DNA of 64,000 bases from Eledone cirrhosa (taxonomy: Eukaryota), in contig OZ024752.1 in NCBI GenBank assembly GCA_964016885.1, positions 46,190,001 through 46,254,000 of the forward strand, given 5' to 3'. The number at the start of each line of letters is the position of its first letter. Position 1 is the stretch's first letter. The notes under the pieces are model-generated. The model searched no databases. It had not been told where the DNA came from and saw nothing but the letters and a program-made list of their open reading frames with translations. The position numbers and the translations under genes are program-made. Shown here one piece after another: positions 41,423 to 55,819 of the stretch.

Positions 41423-42330
41423 TGGTCTGGTGGTGGTATGGTGGTGGTGTGGTGTGGTGTGGTGGTGGTATGGTCTGGTGGTGGTGTGGTCTGGTGGTGG
41501 TATGGTATGGTGTGGTGGTGGTGTGGTCTGGTGGTGGTATGGTCTGGTGCTGGTGTGGTGTGGTGGTGGTGTGGTCTGGTGGTGGTATGGTCTGGTGCTG
41601 GTGTGGTGTGGTGGTGGTATGGTGTGGTGGTGGTGTGGTCTGGTGGTGGTATGGTGTGGTGGTGGTATGGTCTGGTGCTGGTGTGGTGTGGTGGTGGTAT
41701 GGTGTGGTGGTGGTATGGTGTGGTGGTGGTGTGGTGTGGTGGTGGTATGGTGTGGTGGTGGTGTGGTCTGGTGGTGGTATGGTGTGGTGGTGGTATGGTG
41801 TGGTGGTGGTGTGGTGTGGTGGTGGTATGGTCTGGTGGTGGTGTGGTCTGGTGGTGGTATGGTGTGGTGGTGGTATGGTGTGGTGGTGGTGTGGTCTGGT
41901 GGTGGTATGGTGTGGTGGTGGTATGGTCTGGTGGTGGTGTGGTCTGGTGGTGGTATGGTATGGTGTGGTGGTGGTGTGGTCTGGTGGTGGTATGGTCTGG
42001 TGCTGGTGTGGTGTGGTGGTGGTATGGTGTGGTGGTGGTGTGGTCTGGTGGTGGTATGGTCTGGTGCTGGTGTGGTGTGGTGGTGGTATGGTGTGGTGGT
42101 GGTGTGGTCTGGTGGTGGTATGGTGTGGTGGTGGTATGGTCTGGTGCTGGTGTGGTGTGGTGGTGGTATGGTGTGGTGGTGGTGTGATCTGGTGGTGGTA
42201 TGGTGTGGTGGTGGTATGGTCTGGTGCTGGTGTGGTGTGGTGGTGGTATGGTCTGGTGCTGGTGTGGTGTGGTGGTGGTATGGTCTGGTGCTGGTGTGGT
42301 GTGGTGGTGGTATGGTCTGGTGGTGGTGGT
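41423..42330. repeat. G/T-rich minisatellite (ggtggtggtatggt(c/g)t)
   Basis: Direct reading. Confidence 0.9.
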
Positions 42331-42853
42331 AGGGGTGATGCTGGTGGTATGGCAGGGTGGTAGTGATGATGGTGTTGCTGGTGGCTAAAAAGGTCAGGCA
42401 TGTTCTTTTGTTTGTTGTGTGTGTGGCGGGGGTGAGGGTGGTAATATTTGTAATGAGTTGCCATGGCAATGATAGGTGGAGTTGTTTCAAAGGTTTGTTT
42501 ACAATTTCTTCCAGCTCGCCTGAGTTCAAATCCCCCCCCCCCCCCCCCAAGGGGCCATTTTTACCCTTCAGCCATTTCATGTCAATAAAAGATGGACCAG
42601 TGTCAACTACTGGGGTTGATTCTTCCTTGGTCTCTCTCTCTCTCCCTCTCTCTCTCTCTCTCCCTCTCTCTCTCCCTCTCCCTCTCTCTCTATCTCTCCC
42701 TCTCTATCTCTCTCTCCCTCTCTCTTTCTCTCCCTCTCTCTCTCTCCCTCTCTCTCTCTATATAGATATATATATAAGGTAGCAAATTACCAGCTATTTG
42801 GGACCCGAGATTCATTTACGAAACATTATGAAATGTCATCATATATAGTCACC

Positions 42854-42968
42854 CTAGACACTGGTAGGAACACTAGACACTAGTAGGAACACTAGACACT
42901 AGTAGGAACACTAGACACTAGTAGGAACACTAGACACTAGTAGGAACACTAGACACTAGCAGGAACAC
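42854..42968. repeat. 19-bp tandem repeat (ctagacactagtaggaaca), about 6 units, about 55 nt upstream of the SAM1 exon
   Basis: Direct reading. Confidence 0.9.
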
Positions 42969-43023
42969 TGTTGGGTGAAGTAGTCAACTGCATCTACTAA
43001 TATTTGTCTCTGTCTATTTTCAG

Positions 43024-43134
43024 GATTCGGAGATTCTTCTAACTTGGTTAAGAGATCTTCGTTTTGAAGGCTATTACGATAATTTTGTGTCGGCTGGTTA
43101 CGACATGCCAACAATATCTAGAATGACACCGGAG
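43024..43134 (+). CDS. caskin: Caskin SAM1 domain, first exon (DSEILLTWLRDLRFEGYYDNFVSAGYDMPTISRMTPE)
   Basis: tttcag acceptor and GAG|gtaagt donor; 111 nt; AGYD.PTISRMTPE is the characteristic Caskin SAM1 motif. Not in the ORF track; translated by hand. Confidence 0.96.
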
Positions 43135-43141
43135 GTAAGTT

Positions 43142-43234
<93 letters not shown>

Positions 43235-43619
43235 CACACACACACCACACCTCACACACCACACACCATACCACACCACACACACCACACCTCACACACC
43301 ACACCACACACACCACACACCACACCTCACCACACCACACACCACACACCACCCCACAACACACACCACCACACACCACAACACACCACACCACACCACA
43401 CACCACACCACACCACACCACAACACACACCACACACACCACACCTCACCACACACCACCACACACACCACACACCACACCACACACCACACCCCACACA
43501 CCACACCACACCACACCACCACACCGCACATGCCATTACATTTACTCTATATTTCCTTCTCCATTCAATTTGTTTATTCATCTGTTCCTCACCTTCCTTC
43601 TTCTCTCCTTCTTCTCCAG

Positions 43620-43721
43620 GATCTCACGGCCATTGGGATCACCAAACCAAGTCATCGGAAACGGTTGAAAGCTGATATATCTCGTATGAACATCTACGAT
43701 GGCATCCCTGACTACAAACCT
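43620..43721 (+). CDS. caskin: Caskin SAM1 domain, second exon ([34 protein letters not shown])
   Basis: ctccag acceptor and gtgagt donor; 102 nt, phase 0-0; DLTAIG.TKP.HRK matches Caskin SAM1. Confidence 0.96.
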
Positions 43722-43799
43722 GTGAGTATCTCTTCTACCCAAACACATTAAATCCAACAGCTTTCACTTTTTTTTATTTTTTTTTTATTTCATTCCACC

Positions 43800-44158
43800 A
43801 CTACCCATTCCCCACCCCCACCCCATTCCCCACTCCCCACCCCATTCCCCACCCCCACCCCATTCCCCACCCCCACCCCATTCCCCACCCCCCATTCCCC
43901 ACCCCCACCCCATTCCCCACCCCATTCCCCACCCCCACCTCATTCCCCACTCCCACCCATTCCCCACCCCACCCCATTCCCCACTCCCACCCATTCCCCA
44001 CCCCATTCCCCACCCCCACCCCATTCTCCACCCCCACCCCATTCCCCACTCCCACCCATTCCCCACTCCCACCCATTCCCCACTCCCACCCATTCCCCAC
44101 CCCCCACCCGTTCCCCACCCCCACCCCATTCCCCACCCCCACCCCATTCCCCGCCCCA
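43800..44158 (-). repeat. C-rich repeat (ccccattccccacccccac)n, G4-prone on the minus strand
   Basis: Dense G3-G5 runs with short loops on the reverse strand. Confidence 0.85.
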
Positions 44159-44254
44159 ACTCTTAAATATTTTAGTTTAATTTTTGGAGGTGGGTTTAGG
44201 GAGATCCACATCTATTCCTTACCCTTCCAGTCAGGGCTGAACTTTCACCTGCTA

Positions 44255-45480
44255 AGGCCCTAAAGGGAGCACACGCACTGACTGCCCTGTAGCCCTGGTG
44301 GACAGAATAGAGGAGTCATTTCCCCCCAGAGGATGCGTGGGGGAGATGTGCTGGAAGAGCCATTACAGCTCGCGAGCCTCACACCTGCGGGGCGACAACT
44401 CCGTGCCGATGGTGGTGAGTAGGGAGGTGGTCCTAGGGCCAAGGACACCAGAGGTCTCCACTGCTACAGGTAGCCAACTCTGTGCCGAGGGTGGTGAGTA
44501 GGGAGGTGGTCCTAGGGTCAAGGACACCAGAGGTCTCCACTGCTACAGGTAGCCAACTCTGTGCCGAGGGTGGTGAGTAGGGAGGTGGTCCTAGGGCCAA
44601 GGACACCAGAGGTCTCCACTGCTACAGGTAGCCAACTCTGTGCCGAGGGTGGTGAGTAGGGAGGTGGTCCTAGGGTCAAGGGCACCAGAAGTCTCCACTG
44701 CTACAGGTAGCCAACTCTGTGCCGAGGGTGGTGAGTAGGGAGGTGGTCCTAGGGTCAAGGACACCAGAGGTCTCCACTGCTACAGGTAGCCAACTCTGTG
44801 CCGAGGGTGGTGAGTAGGGAGGTGGTCCTAGGGCCAAGGGCACCAGAGGTCTCCACTGCTACAGGTAGCCAACTCTGTGCCGAGGGTGGTGAGTAGGGAG
44901 GTGGTCCTAGGGCCAAGGGCACCAGAGGTCTCCACTGCTACAGGTAGCCAACTCTGTGCCGAGGGTGGTGAGTAGGGAGGTGGTCCTAGGGTCAAGGACA
45001 CCAGAGGTCTCCACTGCTACAGGTAGCCAACTCTGTGCCGAGGGTGGTGAGTAGGGAGGTGGTCCTAGGGCCAAGGGCACCAGAGGTCTCCACTGCTACA
45101 GGTAGCCAACTCTGTGCCGAGGGTGGTGAGTAGGGAGGTGGTCCTAGGGTTAAGGGCACCAGAAGTCTCCACTGCTACAGGTAGCCAACTCTGTGCCGAT
45201 GGTGGTGAGTAGGGAGGTGGTCCTAGGGCCAAGGGCACCAGAGGTCTCCACTGCTACAGGTAGCCAACTCTGTGCCGAGGGTGGTGAGTAGGGAGGTGGT
45301 CCTAGGGTTAAGGGCACCAGAAGTCTCCACTGCTACAGGTAGCCAACTCTGTGCCGAGGGTGGTGAGTAGGGAGGTGGTCCTAGGGCCAAGGGCACCAGA
45401 AGTCTCCACTGCTAGGGCTCAACTACAAACCTGTCAGAGAACGACAAATATTTGGAGAGTATACCTTCCTCAACCCGAAG
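44255..45480 (-). mobile_element. Second CRE-like remnant with an internal 79-bp tandem array (about 13 units, 44397-45413)
   Basis: Homologous to 18900-20280; the minus strand reads ..SKYLSFSDRFVVEP*AVETSG..LGPRTT.. and ARRCEAREL*WLFQHIS..GNDSSIL, with stops and frameshifts. Confidence 0.75.
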
Positions 45481-45481
45481 T

Positions 45482-45672
45482 TCAACTGATGCAGGTAGTT
45501 TGTTCCAGGCTTCAGTAAAACTGAGCATAAAAAGATATTTCCAAAAGTCACTGGAGCTGAACTGTTTTCTGACTTTGTAAGCATATCCACGGGTGCTAGA
45601 CATAAGGACTTCAAAAAGGGCCTTAGGGTTGTTGTTGGAAAGATGGTTAATAATCTTGTGGGAGTCTACCAT
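45482..45672 (-). mobile_element. CR1/L2-group LINE ORF2 C-terminal remnant
   Basis: Translation HKII...STRGYAYKV...FWKYLF..FTEAWNKLPASV resembles the TRGH..KL...R..FF..R....WN.LP..V tail of CR1-type ORF2. Confidence 0.7.
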
Positions 45673-45674
45673 GA

Positions 45675-45875
45675 CCCTTTAATCCGGCCATGTCCAGCCA
45701 GAATTCTCTCACCTCTTTCTGTTCAAACCAGCCATAATCGACCCCTCATACTGATGTTAAGGTATTTTTCTCAAAATAAATAATATCAAAATCTCATAGA
45801 TTCGATCTAATGTGAGATAAAGTCTTTACCATGAAAATACAATAGTATATATAGAGTAATGTAAATGGTAAAGGG
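45675..45875 (-). mobile_element. piggyBac-type MITE (family 1), inverted copy
   Basis: Reverse complement of the family; right end AAAGGG|TTAA; left flank degenerate. Confidence 0.8.
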
Positions 45876-45950
45876 TTAATATGGAAATCATAGAAACAAC
45901 TTTATGATAGAGAATCCAGCACTTTAATCTGTTTAATTTTCTATTTCCAG

Positions 45951-46089
45951 AATGATCTTTTGCAATGGTTAAAACTGTTGAACTTAGATTATTACCATGA
46001 TACATTACTAAGTCAGGGTTATACGACCATCGACCAGGTTACCGAAATTACTTGGGAAGATCTGGAAGAGATTGGTATTAAACTCTTAG
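45951..46089 (+). CDS. caskin: Caskin SAM2 domain exon (NDLLQWLKLLNLDYYHDTLLSQGYTTIDQVTEITWEDLEEIGIKLL/G)
   Basis: ttccag acceptor and G|gtaagt donor; 139 nt, phase 0-1; ITWEDL.EIGI..LGHQKK is the Caskin SAM2 signature, completed by the next exon. Confidence 0.96.
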
Positions 46090-46294
46090 GTAAGTCTTCA
46101 TTGTAACCTTACTACACATAGCTACAACACATACTACATATACACTGCTACAACACATACTACATACTACATATACACTGCTACAACACACACTACATAT
46201 ACACTGCTACAACACAGACACACACACACACGCATACTTACATATTAACAATATCACTCCATTACACTAGGTACGCACATCATGTTACAATTTG

Positions 46295-46790
46295 CTTGTT
46301 ATATCTACATTATATCTGTTATATCTACATTATATCTGTTATACAATCTGAGTTCAAATCCCGCCGAGGTTAACTTTGCCTTTCATCCTTACGGGGTCGA
46401 TAAAATAAAGTACCAGTAATATACTGGAATAATTACTGGCCTTGTGCCAAAAGGAGAAACAATTATATCTGTTATATCTACATTATATCTGTTATATCTA
46501 CGTTATATCTGTTATATCTACATTATATCTGTTATATCTGAGTTCAAATCCTGCTGAGGTTGACTTTGCCTTTCATCCTTACGGGGTCGATAAAATAGAG
46601 TACCAGTAATGCACTGGGTAATTGCTGGCCTTGTGCCTAAAGTAGAAACAATTATATCTGTTATATCTACATTATATCTATGGTATATCTACATTATATC
46701 TGTTATATCTACGTTATATCTGTTATATCTACGTTATATCTACATTACATTATATCCATGCTATATCTATGTTATATGTTATATCTAGTA
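46295..46790 (+). mobile_element. Two 5'-truncated SINE S1 copies (about 46347-46465 and 46537-46652) embedded in a 20-bp (ttatatctacattatatctg)n minisatellite
   Basis: Both copies start at atctgagttcaaatcc and end at agaaacaatt, with minisatellite on both sides. Confidence 0.85.
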
Positions 46791-46878
46791 ATGTCTATGT
46801 TTTCGTCTATCAAATATACACAAATTATTGAAGTTATTTATAACTAAATTTGTTTTGTTTGTTTCCTTGTATTTTCAG

Positions 46879-48573
46879 GTCATCAGAAAAAAATTATATT
46901 GGCCATTGACCGCCTAAAACGAATTATGGCTGGCACTAAGCGCTTGTCTTCTTTAGAGCAGAGGTCACCCTACATTGAGCCATTAGAACCCCCTGCAATG
47001 AATATGTCTGGCCAGTGGTCACTTGATACGAGTAGCAACAGCTCTTCGGACACTACTCTTACCTTGACCCGGCCTAAAAAGTCGACATCTGGTGAAAGCT
47101 TGACTGAAATTCACCCGTTTCACCCCTACCGAGAGAAGGAAGGTAGCAGTGGTGACCAAACCCCGACTTCATCCAGTCCTGGTAATCTCCCTCCAGATTA
47201 TGTTGCCATTCAAGTGAAACGTTCTTTGTCGAATAATAGTTCAAGTGACATGTCTCCTATTGTTGAAAGCACGGACATGACTGGACAGCCTATAACTTAC
47301 CAGTCGTTTCACATACCTTCTTCTAATAAGAGAGGTTCTGATGTCATTGAGGAAAAATTCCCAGGTACCAACGGTCAGTTGATAATAGAAGACACCCTCA
47401 GTGATAATGTCACTCGACCTTCGGCCACAGTCTCCCCTCGAGTCATGGTCAAACCGAAACCCATAGCGAAGATCCCTGCTAAATCTAAACAGCAAGGACG
47501 CGAAATGTCCCCAGATTTATTGGATGAGAAACACAGTAGAGAGTTAGCTGTTGAAGCTTTGAAGAGTTTTAACACGATGAAATCGTGTAGTCAAAGTCAT
47601 GAACATATTTATGATCAGCCCGTCGTAAATCTCCCTAAATCCCCGAAACCATTGGTTTTACCAAAGTCAGTCAGTCTGAACAACAATACTTCTATCTCTA
47701 CCGGCTGCGAACCTTTAAGTCCCATGAGACCAGATGCTGAAGATTACTATCCGCCAATCGCAACAAAGCCAAAGAAGGTGCCACCCCCACCACCTCCAAA
47801 ACGAAGCAATTCAATGCGAGTAGAGGGACCGAAATATAACTTACCCAACCGGCGGAGTGAACCAGCCACCCCGATATGTATGGCCGATTCTCTGTCGAAA
47901 TCATTACCCAATTCCACAACACACCACGAAGAGTTTGCAAACTGCGTCAAAACTTTGTCAGAACGTTTCGGCAAGAATATGGGAAATGCTGATGCACAAG
48001 ACTCGTCATCGAATGAGAGTGACGACATGCCTCCACCCCCTCCTCCTCTTGCCATGGACATTATCACCCCAAGACTGCATAACTATGGCATTCCTTCCAA
48101 GGGAGGTCGAACCACTATGGATCTTTCCAGCAACAATCCCCCTTCCAGACTAAAAAAAGACACATGCCCCATCCTGAAAGAGAAACCAGCGTTCTTGATG
48201 CAAAAATTTCCAATTAACGAGAAGATAATTGAAGATCCTCCTGCCCCTATGGCACTGCCAACCTCAACTCTAGATAAAAGCATCCCAGAACAAGAGGAGT
48301 TTGTTGCAAAGCGAAAGGATTCTACACTGAGTGTGGAGTCAAACAGTTCCAACTCGAGCGTGGAATCTAACACTTTGCCATTCGCTAACGAAAATATCGG
48401 TACAATAAAGCAGAAGAATTCTCCAGCGGTGCTGAAGCTCATCGAAGGAGTCCAGGCAGATTTTGATTTGACAGACGTTGATCACAACGACCTTGGTGTC
48501 CGTTCCACTTCATTTACAAGTAGCTCACTTGATAGACTATCTCAAAAATCTCACGATGATGTCAATGATGAAC
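46879..48573 (+). CDS. caskin: Caskin large exon: end of SAM2 (GHQKKIILAI) and the disordered proline-rich region
   Basis: tttcag acceptor (phase 1), 1695 nt open (ORF 46899-48608), C|gtaagt donor at 48574; contains PPPPPKRSNS and LPFANENIGTIKQK, resembling the Caskin PPPPKRSSS and LPFAEEGNLTIKQR motifs. Confidence 0.93.
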
Positions 48574-48611
48574 GTAAGTATTTTATGGATAATATCTGCA
48601 TCACATAGCAC

Positions 48612-51600
48612 TGGTATCTCCTCTCTATATCACCACTATCTCCTCTCTATATCACACCTATCTCCTCTCTATATCACCACTATCTCCTCTCTCTATATCA
48701 CCACTATCTCCTCTCTATATCACACCACTATCTCCTCTCTATAACACCACTATCTCCTCTCTATATCACCACTATCTCCTCTCTATATCACCACTATCTC
48801 CTCTCTATATCACACCACTATCTCCTCTCTATATCACTACTATCTCCTCCCTATATCACCACTATCTCCTCTCTCTATATCACCACTATCTCCTCTCTAT
48901 ATCACCACTATCTCCTCTCTATATCACCACTATCTCCTCTCTATATCACACCTATCTTCCTCTCTATATCACACCACTATCTCCTCTCTCTATATCACCA
49001 CTATCTCCTCCCTATATCACCACTATCTCCTCTCTCTATATCACCACTATCTCCTCTCTATATCACCACTATCTCCTCCTCTATATCACCACTATCTCCT
49101 CTCTATATCACACTATCTCCTCTCTATATCACACCACTATCTCCTCTCTCTATATCACCACTATCTCCTCTCTCTATCTCACCACTATCTCTCCTCTCTA
49201 TCTCACCACTATCTCCTCTCTATACACCCATCTCCTCTCTATACACCACTATCTCCTCTCTATAACACCTACTATCTCCTCTCTCTATATCACCACTATC
49301 TCCTCTCTATAACACTACTATCTCCTCTCTCTATATCACCACTATCTCCTCTCTATATCACACCACTATCTCCTCTCTATATCACACCACTATCTCCTCT
49401 CTATATCACACCACTATCTCCTCTCTATATCACACCACTATCTCCTCTCTATATCACACCACTATCTCCTCTCTATATCACACCACTATCTCCTCTCTAT
49501 ATCACACCACAATCTCCTCTCTATATCACACCACTATCTCCTCTCTATATCACACCACTATCTCCTCTCTATATCACACCACTATCTCCTCTCTATATCA
49601 CCACTATCTCCTCTCTATATCACCACTATCTCCTCTCTATATCACCACTATCTCCTCTCTCTATCTCACCACTCTCTCCTCTCTATCACCACTATCTCCT
49701 CTCTCTATCTCACCACAATCTCCTCTCTCTATATCACCACTAACTCCTCTCTCTAATCTCACACTATCTCCTCTCTCTATCTCACCACTATCTCCTCTCT
49801 CTATATCACCACTATCTCCTCTCTCTATAATCACCCTCACTATCTCCCTCTCTATATCACCACTATCTCCTCTCTATATCACCACTATCTCCTCCTCCTA
49901 TATCACCACTATCTCCTCTCTATATCACACCACTATCTCCTCTCTATATCACACCACTATCTCTCTCTATATCACCACTATCTCCTCTCTATATCACCAC
50001 TATCTCCTCTCTCTATCTCACCACTATCTCTCCTCTCTATCTCACCACTATCTCTCCTCTCTATATCACCACTATCTCCTCTCTCTATCTCACCACTATC
50101 TCCTCTCTCTATCTCACCACTATCTCCTCTTCTATATCACCACTATCTCCTCTCTCTATATCACCACTATCTCCCTCTCTATATCACCACTATCTCCTCT
50201 CTATATCACACCACTATCTCCTCTCTATATCACACCACTATCTCCTCTCTATATCACACCACTATCTCCTCTCTATATCACACCACTATCTCCTCTCTAT
50301 ATCACCACTATCTCCTCTCTATATCACCACTATCTCCTCTCTATATCACCACAATCTCCTCTCTCTATCTCACCACTATCTCTCCTCTCTATATCACCAC
50401 TATCTCCTCTCTCTATCTCACCACTATCTCCTCTCTCTATCTCACCACTATCTCCTCTCTCTATCTCACCACTATCTCCTCTCTCTATATCACCACTATC
50501 TCCTCTCTCTATATCACCACTATCTCCTCTCTCTATATCACCACTATCTCCTCTCTATATCACCACTATCTCCTCTCCCTATATCACCACTATCTCCTCC
50601 CTATATCACCACTATCTCCTCTCTATATCACCACTATCTCCTCTCTCTATATCACACCACTATCTCCTCTCTATATCACCACTATCTCCTCTCTATATCA
50701 CCACTATCTCCTCTCCCTATATCACCACTATCTCCTCCCTATATCACTACTATCTCCTCTCTATATCACCACTATCTCCTCTCTATATCACACACTATCT
50801 CCTCTCTCTATCTCACCACTATCTCCTCTCTCTATCTCACCACTATCTCCTCTCTATATCACCACTATCTCCTCTCTATATCACCACTATCTCCTCTCCC
50901 TATATCACCACTATCTCCTCCCTATATCACTACTATCTCCTCTCTATATCACCACTATCTCCTCTCTATATCACCACTATCTCCTCTCCCTATATCACCA
51001 CTATCTCCTCTCTATATCTCACCACTATCTCCTCTCCCTATAACACCACTATCTCCTCTCTCTAATCACCACTATCTCCTCTCTATATCACCACTATCTC
51101 CTCTCTATATCTCACCACTATCTCCTCTCCCTATATCACCACTATCTCCTCTCCTATATCACACTATCTCCTCTCTATATCTCACCACTATCTCCTCTCC
51201 CTATATCACCACTATCTCCTCTCTCTATATCACCACTATCTCCTCTCTCTATATCACCACTATCTCCTCTCTATATCTCACCACTATCTCCTCTCTCTAT
51301 ATCACCACTATCTCCTCTCCTATATCACCACTATCTCCTCTCTCTATCTCACCACTATCTCCTCTCTATATCACCACTATCTCCTCTCTCTATCTCACCA
51401 CTATCTCCTCCTCTATCTCACCACTATCTCTCCTCTCTAATATCACCACTATCTCCTCTCTCTATCTCACCACTATCTCCTCTCTCTATCTCACCACTAT
51501 CTCCTCTCTATATCACCACTATCTCCTCTCCTATATCACCACTATCTCCTCTCTCTATATCACCACTATCTCCTCTCTCTATATCACCACTATCTCCTCT

Positions 51601-54326
51601 CTATATCACACCACTATCTCCTCTCTCTATCTCACCACTACTCTCCTCTCTATATCACCACTATCTCCTCTCTCTATCTCACCACTATCTCTCTCTCTAT
51701 CTCACCACTATCTCCTCTCTCTATCTCACCACTATCTCCTCTCTCTATATCACCACTACTCCTCTCTCTATATCACCACTATCTCCTCTCTCTATATCAC
51801 CACTATCTCCTCTCTATATCACCACTATCTCCTCTCTCTATATCACCACTATCTCCTCTCTATATCACCACTATCTCCTCTCTCTATATCACCACTATCT
51901 CCTCTCTCTATATCACCACTATCTCCTCTCTCTATATCACCACTATCTCCTCTCTATATCACCACTATCTCCTCTCTCTATATCACCACTATCTCCTCTC
52001 TCTATATCACCACTATCTCCTCTCTATATCACCACTATCTCCCTCTCTATATCACCACTATCTCCTCTCTATATCACCACTATCTCCTCTCTCTATATCA
52101 CCACTATCTCCTCTCTCTATATCACCACTATCTCCTCTCTCTATATCACCACTATCTCCTCCTCTCTCTATATCACCACTATCTCCTCTCTCTATATCAC
52201 CACTATCTCCTCTCTCTATATCACCACTATCTCCTCTCTCTATATCACCACTATCTCCTCTCTCTATATCACCACTATCTCCTCTCTCTATATCACCACT
52301 ATCTCCCTCTCTATATCACCTACTATCTCCCTCTCTATATCACCACTATCTCCTCTCTCTATTATCACCACTATCTCTCTCTCTATATCACCACTATCTC
52401 CTCTCTCTATATCACCACTATCTCCTCTCTCTATATCACCACTATCTCCTCTCTATATCACACTATCTCCTCTCTCTATATCACCACTATCTCCTCTCTC
52501 TATATCACCACTATCTCCTCTCTCTATATCACCACTATCTCCTCTCTATATCACCACTATCTCCTCCTCTATATCACCACTATCTCCTCTCCCTATATCA
52601 CCACTATCTCCTCTCTCTATCTCACCACTATCTCCTCTCTATATCACCAATATCTCCTCTATATCACCACTATCTCCTCTCTATATAACGACTATCTCCT
52701 CTCCCTATATCACCACTATCTCCTCTCTAAATCACCACTATCTCCTCTCTTATCTCCACTATCTCCTCTCTATATCACCACTATCTCCGCTCTATATCAC
52801 TACTATCTCCTCTCCTATATCACCACTATCTCCTCTCTTTATCACCACTATCTCCTCTCTATATCACCACTATCTCCTCTCTATATCACCACTATCTCCT
52901 CTCTATATCACCACTATCTCCTCTCTATATCACCACTATCTCTCTCTCTATATCACCACTATCTCCTCTCTCTTTATCACCACTATCTCCTCTCTATATC
53001 ACCACTATCTCCTCTCTATATCACCACTATCTCCTCTCTCTATATCACCACTATCTCCTCTCTTCACCTCTCTATATCACACACTATCTCCTCTCCCTAT
53101 ATCACCACTATCTCCTCTCTATATCACACACTATCTCCTCTCTCTATATCACCACTATCTCCTCTCTATATCACCACTATCTCCTCTCTCTATATCACCA
53201 CTATCTCCTCTCTCTATATCACCACTATCTCCTCTCTATATCACCACTATCTCCTCTCTATATCACCACTATCTCCTCTCTCTATATCACCACTATCTCT
53301 CTCTATATCACCACTATCTCCTCTCCCTATATCACACACTATCTCCTCTCTCTATATCACCACTATCTCCTCTCTTATATCACCACTATCTCCTCTCTAT
53401 CACCTCTCTATATCACACCACTATCTCCTCTCTCTATATCACCACTATCTCCTCTCTATATCACCACTATCTCCTCTCTATATCACTACTATCTCCTCTC
53501 CCTATATCACCACTATCTCCTCTCTATATCACTACTATCTCCTCTCTATATCACCACTATCTCCTCTCTATATCACTACTATCTCCTCTCTATATCACCA
53601 CTATCTCCTCTCTCTTTATCACCACTATCTCCTCTCCCTATATCACTACTATCTCCTCTCTCTATATCACCACTATCTCCTCTCTATATCACCACTACTC
53701 CTCTCCCTAATCACTACTATCTCCTCTCTATCTCCTCTCTATATCACACCACTATCTCCTCTCTCTTTATCACCACTATCTCCTCTCCCTATATCACTAC
53801 TATCTCCTCTCTCTATATCACCACTATCTCCTCTCTATATCACCACAATCTCCTCTCTATCTCCTCTCTATATCACACCACTATCTCCTCTCTCTATATC
53901 ACCACTATCTCCTCTCTATATCACCACTATCTCCTCTCTATATCACCACTATCTCCTCTCTCTATATCACCACTATCTCCTCTCCCTATATCACTACTAT
54001 CTCCTCTCTCTATATCACCACTATCTCCTCTCTATATCACCACTATCTCTCTCTCTATATCACCACTATCTCCTCTCCCTATATCACCACTATCTCCTCT
54101 CTCTATATCACCACTATCTCCTCTCTCTATATCACCACTATCTCCTCTCTCTATATCACCACTATCTCCTCTCTCTATATCACCACTATCTCCTCTCTAT
54201 ATCACCACTATCTCCTCTCTATATCACCACTATCTCCTCTCTATATCACCACTATCTCCTCTCTCTATATCACCACTATCTCCTCTCTATATCACCACTA
54301 TCTCCTCTCTCTATATCACACTATCT
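48612..54326. repeat. Minisatellite of at least 5.7 kb, unit about 22-24 bp (tatcaccactatctcctctc(tc)ta), running into the gap
   Basis: Direct reading; almost no G on the + strand. Confidence 0.97.
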
Positions 54327-54526
54327 NNNNNNNNNNNNNNNNNNNNNNNNNNNNNNNNNNNNNNNNNNNNNNNNNNNNNNNNNNNNNNNNNNNNNNNNNN
54401 NNNNNNNNNNNNNNNNNNNNNNNNNNNNNNNNNNNNNNNNNNNNNNNNNNNNNNNNNNNNNNNNNNNNNNNNNNNNNNNNNNNNNNNNNNNNNNNNNNNN
54501 NNNNNNNNNNNNNNNNNNNNNNNNNN
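54327..54526. other. Assembly gap (200 N)
   Basis: Run of exactly 200 N; the round size suggests a placeholder of unknown true length. Confidence 0.99.
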
Positions 54527-54992
54527 ATAGCATCCAGTGACTCATTAAACAACCTCGTGGTCACTGAATATATCAGATATTAATGAAGATCTCTGATAAA
54601 CAAACAAACATGTTTTTATAGTCCATCAATTTTACAAGAATAATTAAGTGAAATTCGTGATGCTTCATCAAAGCAGATATTGCAGGAACACGCAGAACTT
54701 TGTTGTTTTTAACATACATCGTGATTTCAGAATAATATAAAAAGATACGTGCACACACGCGTATACACACATGCGCACACGCGTATACACACATGCGCAC
54801 ACGCGTATACACACATGCGCACACGCGTATACACACATGCACACACGCGTATACACACATGCACACATATATATATCAAACACATAGATACATGCATACA
54901 CACACAAACGTACATACATACATACACAAACGTACATACATACATATATAAATATACACGTACATACATGTACACACACACAATAATGTAAT

Positions 54993-55097
54993 AATTGTTT
55001 TCTACGTTTGGCACAAGGTCTGTTATTACCCCAGTGCATTACTGGTACTTTATTTTATCGACCCCGAGCCCGTAAGGATGAAAGTTAAACCTCGGCG
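54993..55097 (-). mobile_element. SINE S1 fragment
   Basis: Reverse complement of the S1 body and tail. Confidence 0.75.
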
Positions 55098-55108
55098 GCG
55101 GCGGCGGC

Positions 55109-55313
55109 GAAGAAGAAGAAGAAGAAAGAAGAAGAAGAAGAAGAAATGAAGAAGAAGAAGAAGAAGAAGAAGAAGAAGAAGAAGAAGAAGAAGAAGAAGA
55201 AGAAGAAGAAGAAGAAGAAGAAGAAGGAAGAAGAAGAAGAAGAAGAAGAAGAAGAAGAAGAAGAAGAAGAAGAAGAAGAAGAAGAAGAAGAAGAAGAAGA
55301 AGAAGAAGAAGAA

Positions 55314-55344
<31 letters not shown>

Positions 55345-55430
55345 AAGAAGAAGAAGAAAAGAAGAAGAAGAAGAAGAAGAAGAAGAAAAGAAGAAGAAGA
55401 GAAGAAGAAGAGAAGAAGAAGAAGAAGAAA
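55109..55430. repeat. (GAA)n microsatellite, about 320 bp
   Basis: Direct reading. Confidence 0.97.
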
Positions 55431-55819
55431 GACTCTGCTACAAATATATAATTCTAGTCATCATATGTTAATTTATACAATGAAGAAATCAAACCGAAGT
55501 CATTGAGGCATCTCCAAGCAATGCTGCCATTTGTAATACGATATTGCTTTCTTCCTCACTACATCTCCACGCTAGATTTAATTAATAGTCATATCCCTTC
55601 CTAACAACATAGACTTTCATATCTTTACTGTGAGTGTTTTTCCCCGTTGCAGTTGAAAGACAATTCTATAAAGATGTGTTGAATCCAGATGTTAGAGAAA
55701 CATGGCGTAGTTCTATACAGAAAGCCAGATTGTTAATACAAAACTGCGAAAGTCATTCATTAAACTCATTTGCTTTAGTCATTCTGGGTTCACTTCAAAA
55801 CATTCCGCCATTTATGGCC

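Noticed and set aside
47241-48442. Antisense and alternative-frame ORFs over the large Caskin exon
   Set aside because: Shadow ORFs of a genuine coding exon.
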